DNA of 64,000 nucleotides from Segniliparus rotundus DSM 44985 (GTDB lineage Bacteria; Actinomycetota; Actinomycetes; Mycobacteriales; Mycobacteriaceae): NCBI RefSeq assembly GCF_000092825.1, contig NC_014168.1, positions 485,946 to 549,945 of the forward strand, read 5' to 3'. Shown piece by piece: positions 30,042 to 42,485 of this stretch (position 1 is its first letter; each line of letters starts with the position of its first letter). The notes under the pieces were generated by a model. It saw only the letters and a program-made list of their open reading frames with translations, ran no database searches and was not told where the DNA came from. The position numbers and the translations under genes were made by a program.

Positions 30042-30160
30042 AGCTTCTACGGTAGCCGGATTCTCCGGGGGATGCGCACTCGCATCACCGCTTTGCCCGA
30101 CTGCGCGCGGGCTTCGGCCCCATGCGCGGCGCTCGCGGCCGCATGAGACCCTATTGAGCT

Positions 30161-31114
30161 ATGGCGATCCGCGACTCTTCCCCCGTCTGCGTCATCGGGC
30201 TCGGGCAGATCGGCGGTTCTGTTGTCAAAGCGGCCGCCGAGGCCGGGCGGGAGGTGTTCGGCTACGTCCGTTCGGCCCGGACCTTCGACGCGGCGAGAGC
30301 TGCGGGGTTCACGGTTTTCGGCGAGCTTGAGAGCGCGCTCAAGCATGCCGAGCTGCGCCGGGCCGTGATCGTCGTGGCGGTGCCGCTTCCCGCGACCGGG
30401 GGGGTGTTCGCCCGGATCGCCGCTTTTGGCGGCTCCTGTGTCGTCACCGACGTCGGGAGCGTCAAAGCGCCGATCCTCGCCGCCGCCGAGGAGCACGGGC
30501 TCGGCGGGCGGTTCGTCGGCGGGCATCCGATGGCGGGAAGCGCGAACAGCGGTTGGGCGGCCGCGGACGCCGCGCTGTTCCACGGCGCCGCATGGGTGGT
30601 GAGCGTGGACGAAGCGGTGACCGCCGCGGGGTTCGCCGAGGTGGCGCGGCTGGCTTTGGGGCTCGGCGCGGTGGTCGTGCCCGCCCTCGCGGCCGAGCAC
30701 GACCGGGCCGTCGCCCGAATCTCGCACTTGCCGCATTTGCTCGCGGCGGTGCTCGCGAACACGGGCGCGGCGGGCGGGGAGCTCGCGTTGGGCCTGGCGG
30801 CGGGGTCGTTTCGCGACGGGACCCGTGTCGCGGGCTCGGACCCGGCTTTGGCCGAGGCGATGTGCGCGAACAACACGGCAGCGGTGATCGAGGCGTTGGA
30901 CGAGGCGTTGGACGCTTTGAACGCCGCGCGCACGAAATTGGGATTGACCGGGCTGCCCGGTCCTGTTGTGCGCTCTGGTCGCGAGTCTCGTGCCGCATAC
31001 GACCGGATAGCGGCGCAGCGGCCCGTCATAGCAGGGGTTGATCTGGAAGAACCTGACTGGCGAGAGCGTCTCGCCGAGGCCGGGAGACGCGGCGCGATTC
31101 TCCGCCGCCTATAG
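30161..31114 (+). CDS. tyrA: Prephenate dehydrogenase.
   Basis: VIGLGQIGGS NAD-binding motif. TyrA family. In Mtb it is also adjacent to tadA/Rv3753c. Confidence 0.8.
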   Translation: MAIRDSSPVCVIGLGQIGGSVVKAAAEAGREVFGYVRSARTFDAARAAGFTVFGELESALKHAELRRAVIVVAVPLPATGGVFARIAAFGGSCVVTDVGSVKAPILAAAEEHGLGGRFVGGHPMAGSANSGWAAADAALFHGAAWVVSVDEAVTAAGFAEVARLALGLGAVVVPALAAEHDRAVARISHLPHLLAAVLANTGAAGGELALGLAAGSFRDGTRVAGSDPALAEAMCANNTAAVIEALDEALDALNAARTKLGLTGLPGPVVRSGRESRAAYDRIAAQRPVIAGVDLEEPDWRERLAEAGRRGAILRRL

Positions 31115-31268
31115 TCTCTCAAGGCGCAAATGCGAGCAAGGCGCACGGGCGCGATACCGAAAAGTTACACTATGTCATGGCGGTATCGCCGCTCACGGCA
31201 CGCGCATTTCGCGTGTTGCAGGATCCGGGCAGGTGCGCCCGGTCAAAACCGAGAGGAATTCGCTCTTG

Positions 31269-32768
31269 ATGACCATCGCTATTGCTGTCGTGGTCGCCGT
31301 CGCGTGGCTTGTCATTCTTTTGCCGCTGCTCTACGTCAAAGTGCCCCCCAACAAGGTTGGCGTGTTCACTGGGCGAGGCGGCAAGCCCAAGGTGATCCGA
31401 GGCGGGGGGCGTTTGCGTCTGCCCGGTTTCGAGCGGGTGGACTATTTGACGCTGGAACCGCTCAGCGTCCGCATCAAGCTGGACGGGGCGCTCTCCGGCA
31501 GCGGCGTGCCGGTCAACCTGGAAGCGGTCGGGATGGTGTCGGTCGGCGCGTCCGACGAGGCCGTCGAACTCGCGATCCGGCGCTTTTTGGGCGTGGACCG
31601 GCTGGAGTTGCGGTCCCAGCTCAACGAGATCCTTTCCGGAAGTTTGTCCGAGATTTTGGCGCGGACCACGATGGAGGAGCTCAACGCCGACCGGGAGCAG
31701 CTGACCCGCAAGCTCATCGACGAGGCGAGCGCCGACCTGTCCCGGATCGGCTACACCGTCGACATTGTCAAAATCGCGGCGCTTTCCGACGAGAACGGGT
31801 TCCTGGGCTCGTTGGGCCGCCGCCGGATCGCCGAGGCCAAGCGCGACGCGTTCGTGGGCACGGCCGAGGCGGAGCGGGACAGCAACGTCCAATCGGCCCA
31901 GGCCAAGCAGGCCGGCGCCGTCGCGAAGGCCGAATCGGACATCGCCATCGCCCAGGCCGCGCAGCGGCGCGATGTGGAACTTGCGAAGCTCCGCGCCCAG
32001 GTCGACACCGAGAACGCCTTGGCCGACCAAGCGGGCACGCTCGCCGAGACGCAGGCGCGCAAAGACATCAGCATCGCCCAAGAGCAGGCGGAGGCGGCCC
32101 GGATCGAGGCCAGCATCGCCGTGCAGGAGCTCCGCGCCGAACACGCCCAGGCGATGCTGCAGGCCGATGTGATCGCTTTCGCCGAAGCGGAGGGGCAAGC
32201 CGCGATCAAACGCGCCGAAGGCCAGCATCAAGCGGCGGTGCTGCAAGCCGAGTCCCAGGCGATGGCGACGCGCAAAGTCGGCGAGGCCATCGCGGACGCG
32301 CGCCGTTCGGCGGCCCAAGCCCTGCTCGCGGAACGGGAGGCGGAGGCTTCCGGCCTGCTCGCGCTCATGCAGGCGGAGGCAGAGGGTTTGCGTGTCAAGC
32401 TGGCCGCCGAAGCCGAGGGCAAGAAGCAGGTCGCGGAGGCGTTGAACCGTTACAACTCGGTGGGCGCGCGCCTTTTGGCTTTGCCGGACGTGCTCAACGC
32501 TTTGGTCGCGGCCACCGAGGCCGCTTCTCGTCCGATCGCCGCGTTGGACAGGGTCGCGGCCAATGGCAACGCCGCCGCGTCGCTCACCGCGCTTTCCAGC
32601 GTCTCGCCGACTGTGCTCGCCAATGTCTTGGAGTCCTTCAAGGCGTCTGGCGTCGATCTTTCGGAGATGATCGAGGATTCCGCCGCGGACGCGGGCGCGA
32701 GCTCCGCCGCCGAAGAGGAATCCGGGTTGGACATCGACCTTGGCCTGTACCAGGGGGCCCAGTCGTAA
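31269..32768 (+). CDS. Flotillin-like SPFH/band-7 domain protein.
   Basis: Internal ATG (MTIAIAVVVAVAWLV...). N-terminal TM helix, SPFH domain, then a long Ala/Glu/Gln-rich coiled-coil. Confidence 0.75.
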   Translation: MTIAIAVVVAVAWLVILLPLLYVKVPPNKVGVFTGRGGKPKVIRGGGRLRLPGFERVDYLTLEPLSVRIKLDGALSGSGVPVNLEAVGMVSVGASDEAVELAIRRFLGVDRLELRSQLNEILSGSLSEILARTTMEELNADREQLTRKLIDEASADLSRIGYTVDIVKIAALSDENGFLGSLGRRRIAEAKRDAFVGTAEAERDSNVQSAQAKQAGAVAKAESDIAIAQAAQRRDVELAKLRAQVDTENALADQAGTLAETQARKDISIAQEQAEAARIEASIAVQELRAEHAQAMLQADVIAFAEAEGQAAIKRAEGQHQAAVLQAESQAMATRKVGEAIADARRSAAQALLAEREAEASGLLALMQAEAEGLRVKLAAEAEGKKQVAEALNRYNSVGARLLALPDVLNALVAATEAASRPIAALDRVAANGNAAASLTALSSVSPTVLANVLESFKASGVDLSEMIEDSAADAGASSAAEEESGLDIDLGLYQGAQS

Positions 32769-32781
32769 TCCGGGCCGACGT

Positions 32782-33687
32782 TCAGCGCAGCTGGCTCAGC
32801 GCCTCCCACAAGGCCGCGCACGCGTCGGCGCGGCGTTGGCCGCGCCCGAGGGACTCGTCTCGGATGATGATCTCGTCCACGCCCTCGTCCTTCCACAGGG
32901 CGGCCTTCTCCGCGATCTGCTGAGCAGTTCCGGCGATGGCCGAGGGCATCCTGGTGTCTGCTTCGAACGCCCGCGCCCGCTCCGGCTCGTCGGTGACCAA
33001 GATTCCGGCCTGGGTGGAGCGGCGCACGGATTTCGGGTCGCGCCCGTGTCGTTCGCACGCCGCGTCGAGCGGTTCGGCCGCTGTGCGGAACTCGCCGGGT
33101 TTGGTCCATGTGTTCCACTCGTCGCCGTGCTGGGCGACGAGTGAGAGCATGCGCGGGCCCGAGGCCCCGATCAGGACGGGCATATGCTCCTGGACTGGCT
33201 TCGGCTCGCTCACGGCCCCGTCCAGCTGGTAGTACTCGCCCGAGAGGGTGGTGGCCGTCTGCCCGAGCAGGCCCCGGATCGCCCGGAGGCCTTCGGCGAA
33301 GCGGTCGACGCGCTCCTTCGGCGTTCCCAGCGCCAGCCCGTAGGCGCGGTGCTCGTTCTCTTGCCAGCCCGCGCCGATCCCGAGCGTGAGCCGCCCGTTG
33401 GCAATCTGGTCGGTCGTGGCGGCCCAGTTCGCGAGCACGGCGGGATGCCGGTAGGTCATCGACAGCACGAGGTGCGCAAGGCGGACCCTGTGTGTGGCCG
33501 CTGCGAGCGCCGACAGCGCGGCGGTGGCCTCCAGCATGGGGCCGCCTGGGTCTGCGGCGGTCGCAGCGCGGGGCATGAAGTGGTCGGCGAGGTAGAGGGC
33601 GTGCCAGCCGCCGGAGTCGGCGAGGCGGGCCACGTCCAGAAGGTCTGGCCAGGATTGCGAGGCGGAGGCCCAGAGCGAGAAACGCAT
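32782..33687 (-). CDS. LLM-class F420-dependent oxidoreductase (luciferase-like monooxygenase).
   Basis: 301 aa with the luciferase-like TIM barrel (HALYLADHF... GIGAGW). Confidence 0.8.
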   Translation of the reverse strand: MRFSLWASASQSWPDLLDVARLADSGGWHALYLADHFMPRAATAADPGGPMLEATAALSALAAATHRVRLAHLVLSMTYRHPAVLANWAATTDQIANGRLTLGIGAGWQENEHRAYGLALGTPKERVDRFAEGLRAIRGLLGQTATTLSGEYYQLDGAVSEPKPVQEHMPVLIGASGPRMLSLVAQHGDEWNTWTKPGEFRTAAEPLDAACERHGRDPKSVRRSTQAGILVTDEPERARAFEADTRMPSAIAGTAQQIAEKAALWKDEGVDEIIIRDESLGRGQRRADACAALWEALSQLR

Positions 33688-33730
33688 ACGTCGAGTCTAT
33701 GCCGCTGCGGCCCATGGCGGCGCGCCCTGC

Positions 33731-35275
33731 TCAGACGGGGCAGCGCGAGCTCTCCGGGGGCAGTGTCCCGGTGACGAGGTAGTCGTCCACTGCTGCGTCC
33801 ACGCAGTTCTTTTCCGCCGCGCCGTTTTCGGGCGCGCGCCGCGCGCCCCCGCGCAAGTAATGGCCGTGGCCTGGTTCGGCGGTCACGAGCAGGACGCCGC
33901 CGACAGCTTCCGTGAAAGGCGCGGCCCAGGCCAGGGGGGTGGTGGGGTCTGTCTCGCCGCTGACGACCAGCGGCTTGGGGCCTGGGGCCCCACCCGCCGG
34001 CGGGGCGGCCCTGTCGATGAAGTCGGATGTGACCGGGTGGGCGGGCGCGGGCCAACCGGCGCATCCGGTCACCAGACCGTTGCCGTAGCCGAGCTCGTAC
34101 AGCCCGAAGGTCGGATATTTTTGCGCCCATTGCGACGCGAGGCTCCGCACCGCCGCGTCGTCCGGGCGGCGGTCTTGCGGCAGATCGTCACAGAGCACAG
34201 TCCAGTTCGCCATGGAGAAGCCCGGATCAGCCTTGCGCAGCGCCGCGCTGTCGCCTGTGCTCATCACCGAGCGCAGGCCTTCCGCGAGGTCTGGCCACTT
34301 CGCCGGGGAGGACAGCAGGGTGCTGATCCCGGCGAGCAGCTGCCCGGCCCCAGGGTCGAGGAGGCCTTGCCCCAGGAAGCCCCGAGCGCTGGCGAGGTCC
34401 GCGTAGCTCGGCTGGGTCTTCGTCCAGTCGAAGAACGAGTCGAAGGCTTTCTCTTTGGCCTGGACCGCTTCCTCTTCCGTTTTCACCGGGTCCCGCCGCA
34501 GGTCGACGGGGGAGTCGAAGACCGCTGCGCGTATCTGCCGAGGATGCAGGTGGGCGTAGGCGGCCCCGAGGAACGTCCCGTAGGAGTAACCGAGGTAGTC
34601 GATGCGCTGCGCGCCGAGGGCGACGCGGATGCTGTCGATGTCCTGCGCGGTCTGGTATGTGTTGATCGCGGCGAGCTTCGAGCCGTATTTGGCCTCGCAG
34701 TCCTGCGCCACCGCGGCGACTCTGGCCCTGAGTTTGGCCAGTTGCGCCGGGTCGCGCGGGTCCAGGACTTGCTGTTTGGCCTCTTGCGCGGGATCTGGGC
34801 CGCACACGACGGGCTCAGACTCGCCGACGCCGCGCGGGTCGAAGCCGATGACGTCGAAATGCGCGGCGAGGTCGTTCTCGGCGCGCAGGGCCATGGCGGC
34901 GGCCTCGCGGACGCCGGGTTGGCCCGGCCCGCCGAAGTTCACCAGGAGCGGGGGGCGGTTCTTGCCTCCCGCGTCCTTGGACCGGGTGCGGGAGAGCGCG
35001 ACGCGCATGGTCTGGCCGTCGGCCTTGTCGTGGTCTTGCGGGACGGTGACGCTCGCGCATCCGAGCTCGAAGCCGTGCTGGAACTGGGCCGCGCGCTCTG
35101 TGCCGATGGCGCGCAGGAAGTCGCCCTCCCAGGGGCAAGGCTCCCAGGCCAGCGCGGGTCGCGCGGGCGAGCTGGGGGCGCTCTTGCCGCTCGGCCCGGA
35201 CTCGTCGGTGTGCGCGCAGCCTGCGATCAGGAGCGCGGCGAGCAGAGACGGGAGGAAACGTCGCATAGGCTTCAT
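33731..35275 (-). CDS. Exported alpha/beta hydrolase, TAP-like (S33) lipoprotein.
   Basis: LIAGC lipobox and GYSYGT elbow. A paralog of the 18267..19880 protein. Confidence 0.75.
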   Translation of the reverse strand: MKPMRRFLPSLLAALLIAGCAHTDESGPSGKSAPSSPARPALAWEPCPWEGDFLRAIGTERAAQFQHGFELGCASVTVPQDHDKADGQTMRVALSRTRSKDAGGKNRPPLLVNFGGPGQPGVREAAAMALRAENDLAAHFDVIGFDPRGVGESEPVVCGPDPAQEAKQQVLDPRDPAQLAKLRARVAAVAQDCEAKYGSKLAAINTYQTAQDIDSIRVALGAQRIDYLGYSYGTFLGAAYAHLHPRQIRAAVFDSPVDLRRDPVKTEEEAVQAKEKAFDSFFDWTKTQPSYADLASARGFLGQGLLDPGAGQLLAGISTLLSSPAKWPDLAEGLRSVMSTGDSAALRKADPGFSMANWTVLCDDLPQDRRPDDAAVRSLASQWAQKYPTFGLYELGYGNGLVTGCAGWPAPAHPVTSDFIDRAAPPAGGAPGPKPLVVSGETDPTTPLAWAAPFTEAVGGVLLVTAEPGHGHYLRGGARRAPENGAAEKNCVDAAVDDYLVTGTLPPESSRCPV

Positions 35276-35451
35276 CGTATGGGCCGGCGGGGCCCGGAGT
35301 GCTTTTTTGACGCCGCGCGCGGGTCGCGCTAGACTGATCCGTCGTGCCTGACAGAGTCGGGCTCATTTGCGTGCCTGTCCATGGTTCTGAATTATCAACA
35401 GATTCCTCCTGGTCGGCACGCTGCCTGGACGTTATTGAGGAAGTAGAAGGT

Positions 35452-35826
35452 ATGCCAACTATTAACCAGCTGGTGCGAAAAGGCCGGCAGCCCAAGGGCA
35501 ACCGGGTCAAGACCGCTGCCCTGAAGGGCAGCCCGCAGCGTCGTGGCGTGTGCACCCGCGTGTACACCACGACTCCGAAGAAGCCGAACTCCGCGCTGCG
35601 TAAGGTCGCGCGTGTGAAGCTCACCAGCCAGGTTGAAGTGACCGCCTACATCCCCGGCGAGAAGCACAACCTCCAGGAGCACTCGATGGTGCTCGTCCGA
35701 GGCGGGCGTGTGCGCGACCTCCCCGGTGTTCGCTACAAGATCATCCGCGGCGCCCTCGACACCCAGGGCGTGAAGAACCGCAAGCAAGCTCGCAGCCGTT
35801 ACGGCGCGAAGAGGGAGAAGAGCTAA
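35452..35826 (+). CDS. rpsL: 30S ribosomal protein S12.
   Basis: [12 protein letters not shown].... Canonical sequence. Confidence 0.95.
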   Translation: MPTINQLVRKGRQPKGNRVKTAALKGSPQRRGVCTRVYTTTPKKPNSALRKVARVKLTSQVEVTAYIPGEKHNLQEHSMVLVRGGRVRDLPGVRYKIIRGALDTQGVKNRKQARSRYGAKREKS

Positions 35827-36296
35827 TGTCCCGCAAGGGCCCCGCGCCGCGCCGCGCCGTGGTGAACGATCCGGTGTACGGCTCGCCCGTCGTCACCCAG
35901 CTGGTCAACAAGATCCTCCTCGACGGCAAGAAGTCCGTCGCCGAGCGCATCGTCTACAGCGCCCTTGAGCGCGCTCGCGACAAGACCGGCACCGACCCCG
36001 TCGTCACCCTCAAGCGCGCGCTGGAGAACGTGAAGCCGACCATGGAGGTCCGCTCCCGCCGCGTCGGCGGCGCGACCTACCAGGTGCCCGGCCCGGTCGC
36101 GCCGGGGCGTTCCAACACGCTCGCGCTGCGCTGGCTGGTCAAATTCTCCCGCGCCCGTCGGGAGAAGACCATGGAGGAGCGTCTCGCCAACGAGCTGCTG
36201 GACGCCTCGAACGGCTTGGGCGCTTCGGTGAAGCGTCGCGAAGACACCCACAAGATGGCTGAGGCCAACCGGGCTTTCGCGCATTACCGGTGGTGA
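35826..36296 (+). CDS. rpsG: 30S ribosomal protein S7.
   Basis: 156 aa. Its start overlaps the rpsL stop. Confidence 0.95.
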   Translation: MSRKGPAPRRAVVNDPVYGSPVVTQLVNKILLDGKKSVAERIVYSALERARDKTGTDPVVTLKRALENVKPTMEVRSRRVGGATYQVPGPVAPGRSNTLALRWLVKFSRARREKTMEERLANELLDASNGLGASVKRREDTHKMAEANRAFAHYRW

Positions 36297-36378
36297 TCTG
36301 CTCCATGAGCAACGCACAACTTGGCGCCACGACCGCCTGTTGACATTCACGAGTTGATTTTGAAGAGAAAGTAGAGAC

Positions 36379-38487
<2,109 letters not shown>

Positions 38488-38571
38488 CCGCCATACGTCA
38501 CGGCGGCCCCGGCCATTCAGGGCCGGGAACCCGCCGCCAACAGTTACCTAGGAAAGAAAGAGGACACAACA

Positions 38572-39765
38572 GTGGCCAAGGCTAAGTTCGAGCGGACCAA
38601 GCCGCACGTCAACATCGGGACTATCGGTCACGTCGACCACGGCAAGACCACGTTGACCGCTGCGATCACCAAGGTGCTGCACGACAAGTACCCGGACCTG
38701 AACGAGGCGCGCGACTTCGCTCAGATCGACAACGCGCCCGAAGAGCGCGCTCGCGGTATCACCATCAACATCTCGCACGTCGAGTACCAGACCGAGAAGC
38801 GTCACTACGCGCACGTCGACGCCCCCGGCCACGCCGACTACATCAAGAACATGATCACCGGCGCCGCCCAGATGGACGGGGCGATCCTCGTGGTCGCCGC
38901 GACCGACGGCCCGATGCCGCAGACCCGCGAGCACGTTCTGCTCGCCCGCCAGGTCGGCGTCCCGTACATCCTCGTGGCTCTCAACAAGTCCGACATGGTG
39001 GACGACGAAGAGATTCTCGAGCTCGTGGAGCTCGAGGTTCGCGAGCTGCTGTCCTCGAACGAGTTCGACGGCGACAACGCCCCGGTCGTGCGCGTGTCCG
39101 GCCTCAAGGCTCTTGAGGGCGACCAGAAGTGGGTCGACTCCGTGGCCGAGCTCATGCAGGCTGTGGACGAGAACGTTCCCGACCCGGTTCGTGAGACCGA
39201 CAAGCCGTTCCTGATGGCGATCGAGGACGTCTTCACCATCACCGGCCGCGGCACGGTGGTCACCGGCCGTATCGAGCGCGGCGTCATCAACGTCAACGAA
39301 GAGGTTGAGATCATCGGCATCAAGCCGACGGCGACGAAGACCACGGTCACCGGTGTCGAGATGTTCCGCAAGCTGCTCGACCAGGGCCAGGCGGGCGACA
39401 ACGTCGGCCTCCTCGTCCGCGGCATCAAGCGCGAGGACGTCGAGCGCGGCCAGGTCGTGATCAAGCCGGGCACCACCACCCCGCACACGGAGTTCGAGGG
39501 CACCGCTTACATCCTGAACAAGGAAGAAGGCGGTCGTCACACCCCGTTCTTCAACAACTACCGCCCGCAGTTCTACTTCCGCACCACCGACGTGACCGGC
39601 GAGGTCACCTTGCCCGAGGGCAAGGACATGGTCATGCCGGGCGACAACACCGACATCTCGGTGAAGCTGATCCAGCCGGTGGCCATGGAAGAAGGACAGC
39701 GCTTCGCGATCCGCGAGGGCGGCCGCACCGTCGGCGCTGGTCGTGTCACGAAGATCAACAAGTAA
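38572..39765 (+). CDS. tuf: Elongation factor Tu.
   Basis: [10 protein letters not shown]. 397 aa. Confidence 0.95.
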   Translation: MAKAKFERTKPHVNIGTIGHVDHGKTTLTAAITKVLHDKYPDLNEARDFAQIDNAPEERARGITINISHVEYQTEKRHYAHVDAPGHADYIKNMITGAAQMDGAILVVAATDGPMPQTREHVLLARQVGVPYILVALNKSDMVDDEEILELVELEVRELLSSNEFDGDNAPVVRVSGLKALEGDQKWVDSVAELMQAVDENVPDPVRETDKPFLMAIEDVFTITGRGTVVTGRIERGVINVNEEVEIIGIKPTATKTTVTGVEMFRKLLDQGQAGDNVGLLVRGIKREDVERGQVVIKPGTTTPHTEFEGTAYILNKEEGGRHTPFFNNYRPQFYFRTTDVTGEVTLPEGKDMVMPGDNTDISVKLIQPVAMEEGQRFAIREGGRTVGAGRVTKINK

Positions 39766-39780
39766 TTTTTCTTCGGATTG

Positions 39781-39826
39781 AAAAAGACGGGGCGCAACTA
39801 GTTCTAGTTGCGCCCCGTCTTTTTTC
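39781..39826. terminator. Rho-independent (bidirectional) terminator after tuf.
   Basis: aaaaa-gacggggcgcaactag-tt-ctagttgcgccccgtc-tttttt. A perfect 16-bp stem flanked by A-run and T-run. Confidence 0.8.
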
Positions 39827-40053
39827 ATGTATCTCATTCATATATATTTTCTTTATCAATTCTATATATTTGATCCTGGCTCCGCGGAACGTGTTTTAGG
39901 ACGCATTTCTTGAGCGGAGCAGCGTGTTCTGCGCGTATGCAGTATGCTTGTTTGTCGCGCTGCTGTACTCTAGGGGAGTAGTGCTCGTGCAGGAACCGAA
40001 ACGCTGCTCAACAGCCATGAAAGAGTTAATGACGACTGCAAGGAACATATTTT

Positions 40054-40989
40054 ATGACGAAATTAAGGCCTTTTTATGAAGATATAGAAGCGCACTATGA
40101 CGTGGAGAACTCTATTGAGTTCTTTTCCTTGTGGCTCGACGAGACGCTCGGCTACACCTGCGGGTACTGGCCGAGGCCGAATATGACTTCCGCAGAGGCG
40201 CAGATCGCGAAGTTCGACCTCGCGCTGGGCAAGTTGGGCTTGGAGCCGGGGATGACCCTCCTGGACATCGGCTGCGGTTGGGGAGCCGGGCTGATCCGGG
40301 CCTACGAGAAGTACGACGTGAACGTCATCGGCCTGACCATCAGCCCGAGCCAATACGAGTACACGAAGAAGAAGCTTGCGGCGTTGGACGGCAAGCGCAA
40401 GGCGGAAGTCGTGCTCCAGGGCTGGGAGGAGTACGAGGGGAAAGTGGACCGGATCGTCTCGGTCGGGGCGTTCGAGCATTTCCGCGTCGAACGGCACGGG
40501 GCTTTCTTCGAAAAGGCGTACAGCATGCTCCCCGAGGATGGGAAGATGCTGTTGCATTGCATCGTCGGCTACAGCAGGGCCGCGCTGGAGCAGATGGGCT
40601 TGTGGCAAGTCGACCGCAATCTCATCCGTTACACGCATTTGATCAGGAATTACATCTTCCCCGGCGCGGAGCTGGTGGACCCGCAGTCCATCGTCTCCGA
40701 GGCGGCCAAGGCAAAATTCCGCTGCGACATGATCCAGCCCCTCGGCCTGCACTATGGCAAGACGCTGGACGTCTGGTTGGAGAACTTCATGGCGAAAAAA
40801 GACGAAATCATCGCCTTGAGCTCGCCCGAGCTGTACCAAATCTATATCAACTACCTTGCGGGAAGCGCGCATTATTTCCGCACGGGACATATCAATATCG
40901 CGCAGTTCACCCTCACCAAGAAGCCCCTGCCCTGGCTGGAGACCCCGCCGAACACGCCGCCGTTCGTGTTCAAATCCTGGAACTCCTAG
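40054..40989 (+). CDS. SAM-dependent methyltransferase of the cyclopropane-fatty-acyl-phospholipid / mycolic-acid synthase (CmaA/MmaA-like) family.
   Basis: LLDIGCGWGAGL SAM motif. AQIAKFDLALGKLGLEPGMTLLD and YDVNVIGLT segments closely resemble mycobacterial CmaA/MmaA enzymes (from memory). 311 aa. AT-rich 5' flank. Confidence 0.8.
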   Translation: MTKLRPFYEDIEAHYDVENSIEFFSLWLDETLGYTCGYWPRPNMTSAEAQIAKFDLALGKLGLEPGMTLLDIGCGWGAGLIRAYEKYDVNVIGLTISPSQYEYTKKKLAALDGKRKAEVVLQGWEEYEGKVDRIVSVGAFEHFRVERHGAFFEKAYSMLPEDGKMLLHCIVGYSRAALEQMGLWQVDRNLIRYTHLIRNYIFPGAELVDPQSIVSEAAKAKFRCDMIQPLGLHYGKTLDVWLENFMAKKDEIIALSSPELYQIYINYLAGSAHYFRTGHINIAQFTLTKKPLPWLETPPNTPPFVFKSWNS

Positions 40990-41250
40990 GAGCGACCGGC
41001 TGCTCGGCATCGGCGGAGCCGGAGGCTCCGTGCTGTCGGCCAGGCGCGGAAGACCGTCCTTTTTCGGGCTTGTCAAGAGGTGCTTGCTCCGTGGGTTGTG
41101 AACAATCCTCACCCATGAAAGCGGTGATTATGACCGTCAATTTGAGGTGCGTGTGTAGCTGAATTTCAGGTGCGGGTTGTTTGTGGAGAAGTTCGTAGCT
41201 GTGAATTTCAGGTGCACCTGTAGGTCATGTCCGGGTAGTAGCACGATGGG

Positions 41251-41830
41251 GTGACCCCGCCAAGATCGAAGGTGGAGCTGTACGCGGCGATCCGACGGGA
41301 CGTGCGTGCGGGGCTCGCGCCGCTCGAGATCCGACGTGCGCACAGGGTGGGGTGGGAGACGATCTATCTGGCGATGGGGTCGGCTTGGCCGAAGAGGTGT
41401 CCTACAACGTCCTCCTGGCCTACGTCCGCGCCCGGCGCCCGGAGATCGCGAAGGAGGCGGGCCGAGCGCCGGCCGAGGTGTTCGTCGCGCAGACCCACCG
41501 CCCCGGAGGGGAGGCCGAGGTCGATTTCGGGGACGTGGTGGACAGCCTGCGCGGGCAGGCGGTGAAGTGCGCCTTGTTCGCGTTCCGCCTCTCCTATTCG
41601 GGGCGTGCGGTGCACAGGGTGTTCCTCTCCGCCGGTCAGGAGGCGTTCTTCGAGGGCCACGCCCACGCGCTCTCTGTGATCGGCGGGGTTCCGTTCGGCA
41701 AGGTCCGCTACGACAACTTGAAATCCGCCGTGGCCACGGTTCTCGGGTTCTCCCGCCAACGGGTGGAGACCGAGCGGTGGATCGCGTTCCGCTCGCACTT
41801 CGGCCTTGAGGCCTTCTACTGCCTACCGGG
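41251..41830 (+). pseudogene. istA: IS21 istA transposase remnant (frameshifted and C-terminally deleted).
   Basis: The IstA HTH N-terminus (LAPLEIRRAHRVGWETIYLAMG) is in one frame. The DDE core (AEVDFGDVV...YSGRAVHRVF...FGKVRYDNLKSAV) is in another. The sequence then jumps directly into the istB N-terminal region. Confidence 0.6.
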
Positions 41831-42465
41831 GATTCCTCGCCGAACTCCTGCTGGGCGAGTGCGACGAGCGCAACCGCCGCCGCGCGGCAAGACGCATCCA
41901 AGCCGCGGGCTTCCCCCGCGACAAGTCGCTGCGCTCGTTCGACTTCGAGGCGAACCCGAACATCGACCCGGCGACCATCCACACTCTCGCGAAATGCGAC
42001 TGGGTGAAGAAAGGCCTGCCGCTCTGCCTGATCGGGGACTCGGGAACCGGCAAGTCCCACCTGCTCATCGCGCTCGGCACCGAGGCCGCGATGGCGGGCC
42101 ATCGGGTCAGACACACGTTGGCGACCAAGCTCGTCAACGAGCTGGTCGAGGCTGCCGACGAGCAACAGCTCGCCAAGACCATCACCCGCTACGGGCGCGC
42201 GGCGGCCATCGGCGGGCTCGGCTACATGGAGCTCGACCGCAAAGGCGCGGAGCTGCTGTTCCAAGTGCTGACCGAGCGCGAGGAGAAAGCATCAGTGGCC
42301 ATCGCCTCCAACGAGCCCTTCGGCGGCTGGACCAAGACCTTCACCGGCCCCCGCCTCTGCGCCGCCATAGTCGACCGGCTCACCTTCGGCGGCCACATCA
42401 TCGAGACCGGCACAGACTCCTACCGCCTCGCCCAAAGCCGCGCGAAATCAGAGACCGGAAACTAG
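41806..42465 (+). CDS. istB: IS21 IstB ATP-binding helper protein (N-terminally truncated or fused).
   Basis: GFLAELLLGECDERNRRRAARRIQAAGFP..., Walker A GDSGTGKSHL, Walker B / DnaC-like core. TTG start inferred. Confidence 0.65.
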   Translation: MRPSTAYRGFLAELLLGECDERNRRRAARRIQAAGFPRDKSLRSFDFEANPNIDPATIHTLAKCDWVKKGLPLCLIGDSGTGKSHLLIALGTEAAMAGHRVRHTLATKLVNELVEAADEQQLAKTITRYGRAAAIGGLGYMELDRKGAELLFQVLTEREEKASVAIASNEPFGGWTKTFTGPRLCAAIVDRLTFGGHIIETGTDSYRLAQSRAKSETGN

Positions 42466-42485
42466 CTCGCAGGCCGCCAGTGTCG

